From Anaerolineae bacterium (GTDB lineage: Bacteria; Chloroflexota; Anaerolineae; CG2-30-64-16): a DNA stretch of 64,000 nt. Location of the stretch: assembly GCA_040766655.1 (NCBI GenBank), contig JAXGQB010000009.1, positions 114,685 through 178,684 on the forward strand. Reading direction: 5' to 3'. Under the pieces are notes generated by a model. It saw only the letters and a program-made list of their open reading frames with translations. It was not told where the DNA came from and ran no database searches. Both the position numbers and the translations under genes were made by a program. Positions 63,456 through 64,000 of the stretch are shown piece by piece; within the stretch, counting starts at the first letter, position 1; each line of letters begins with the position of its first letter.

Positions 63456-64000
63456 CGTAGCGCCTGTGCTTTCCGCACACGAAGTGCGAGCCCGTACAAT
63501 GCGTGGCCGAGCGGGGAGATGGGCAGGTCCCACGCGCCGGTGTAGCGCACCACCGCGCCCCCGAAGCCCTGCTTGAAGCGGTAGACGCCCCACAGGCCGC
63601 CCTGGCCCCAGCTGTCGGGCTCCGCGTAGGACTCAGGCGCCGCGCCCACCTCGTCCGGGATGCCCCACAGGTCGTAGACCGTGCAGCCGCGGCTGCGCGC
63701 CCAACGCATCGCGTCCCACTGCACCGCGTGGTTCGGCATGAGGTTGCGGTCCTCGTCCGAGGACGCACCCCACATGTAGATGGCGGTGACGCCCAGGGCG
63801 AACACCGCGATGGCGGCCAGGAGCCGGCCCTCGTGCTCTGCCAGGCGCCAGGCCAGCAGCCCGGACGGTGCGAAGAGGTCCGTTGCCTGGCGGTGGTAGT
63901 CCGCGTTGTGCACGCCGAAGCCATCCCGCGCGCCGGTGGCATCCATCAGGCGCTGGATCGCGGGCAGATCGTCCACGCCACCCTCGCGCACGGTGACGCC
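63452..64000 (-). CDS. FemAB-family protein, C-terminal part (gene continues beyond the window end); tandem paralog
   Basis: LMPNHAVQWDAMRWARSRGCTVYDLWGIP...YRFKQGFGG, parallel to 62337-63455. ATGA overlap. Confidence 0.6.
   Translation of the reverse strand, partial: GVTVREGGVDDLPAIQRLMDATGARDGFGVHNADYHRQATDLFAPSGLLAWRLAEHEGRLLAAIAVFALGVTAIYMWGASSDEDRNLMPNHAVQWDAMRWARSRGCTVYDLWGIPDEVGAAPESYAEPDSWGQGGLWGVYRFKQGFGGAVVRYTGAWDLPISPLGHALYGLALRVRKAQALR

Overview
64-kb window of very high-GC (~68-70%) bacterial chromosome. Taxon is not determinable from sequence alone. PT-rich linkers, BNR/Ycf48-like secreted proteins and GT39 enzymes are reminiscent of Chloroflexota/Actinomycetota (inference). 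Small-motif coordinates are hand-counted from the text and may be off by 1-2 nt.

(1) Positions 1-39048 are almost entirely a co-directional minus-strand cell-envelope glycan locus. It holds a partial GT4, a Gfo/Idh/MocA sugar dehydrogenase, an O-antigen-ligase-like protein, Wzz, three GT4/GT1 transferases, a SAM methyltransferase and a hexapeptide acyltransferase. It also holds a B12-rSAM::SDR fusion, a GT39 + flippase-like + DPM-like GT2 triad, a DUF2142-like protein, a second GT-C, a membrane-anchored GH beta-propeller protein, a GT4 and a Wzt ABC ATPase with no Wzm permease. Interleaved are secreted proteins with PT-rich linkers: an alpha/beta hydrolase, two BNR propeller proteins, a TPR protein and a 1224-aa repeat surface protein. 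A sensor kinase and an OmpR-type regulator bracket the surface-protein genes. The only plus-strand gene in this stretch is a Cys-less AsnB-like gene.

(2) Positions 39319-43645 hold a trans-sulfuration PLP enzyme. Next is a perfect-consensus sigma70 promoter driving a secreted Cys-rich protein with a PEP-CTERM-like tail, plus a coupled 48-aa ORF with a lasso-leader-like YEAP motif and a terminator. htpG follows.

(3) Positions 43781-57836 hold two divergent dehydrogenases and a LacI-regulated catabolic operon. The operon has twin CGAAACGTTTCG operators, a sugar ABC transporter (MalF-like permease with an SH3b-bearing loop) and a GT4-fold enzyme with an 18-bp x6 tandem-repeat insertion. It also has a GH63-like hydrolase, a GH13_18 sucrose-phosphorylase-family enzyme and a hexose-6-P mutarotase, ending in a rho-independent terminator.

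(4) Positions 57905-64000 hold an M20 amidohydrolase, then two paralogous Phd/YefM-PIN toxin-antitoxin cassettes flanking a carbamoylase-type hydrolase. Each cassette has a consensus promoter plus a shared palindromic operator. Two tandem FemAB-family genes follow.

No rRNA, tRNA, CRISPR or transposase/integrase genes were recognised. Many long antisense shadow ORFs in the track were rejected.
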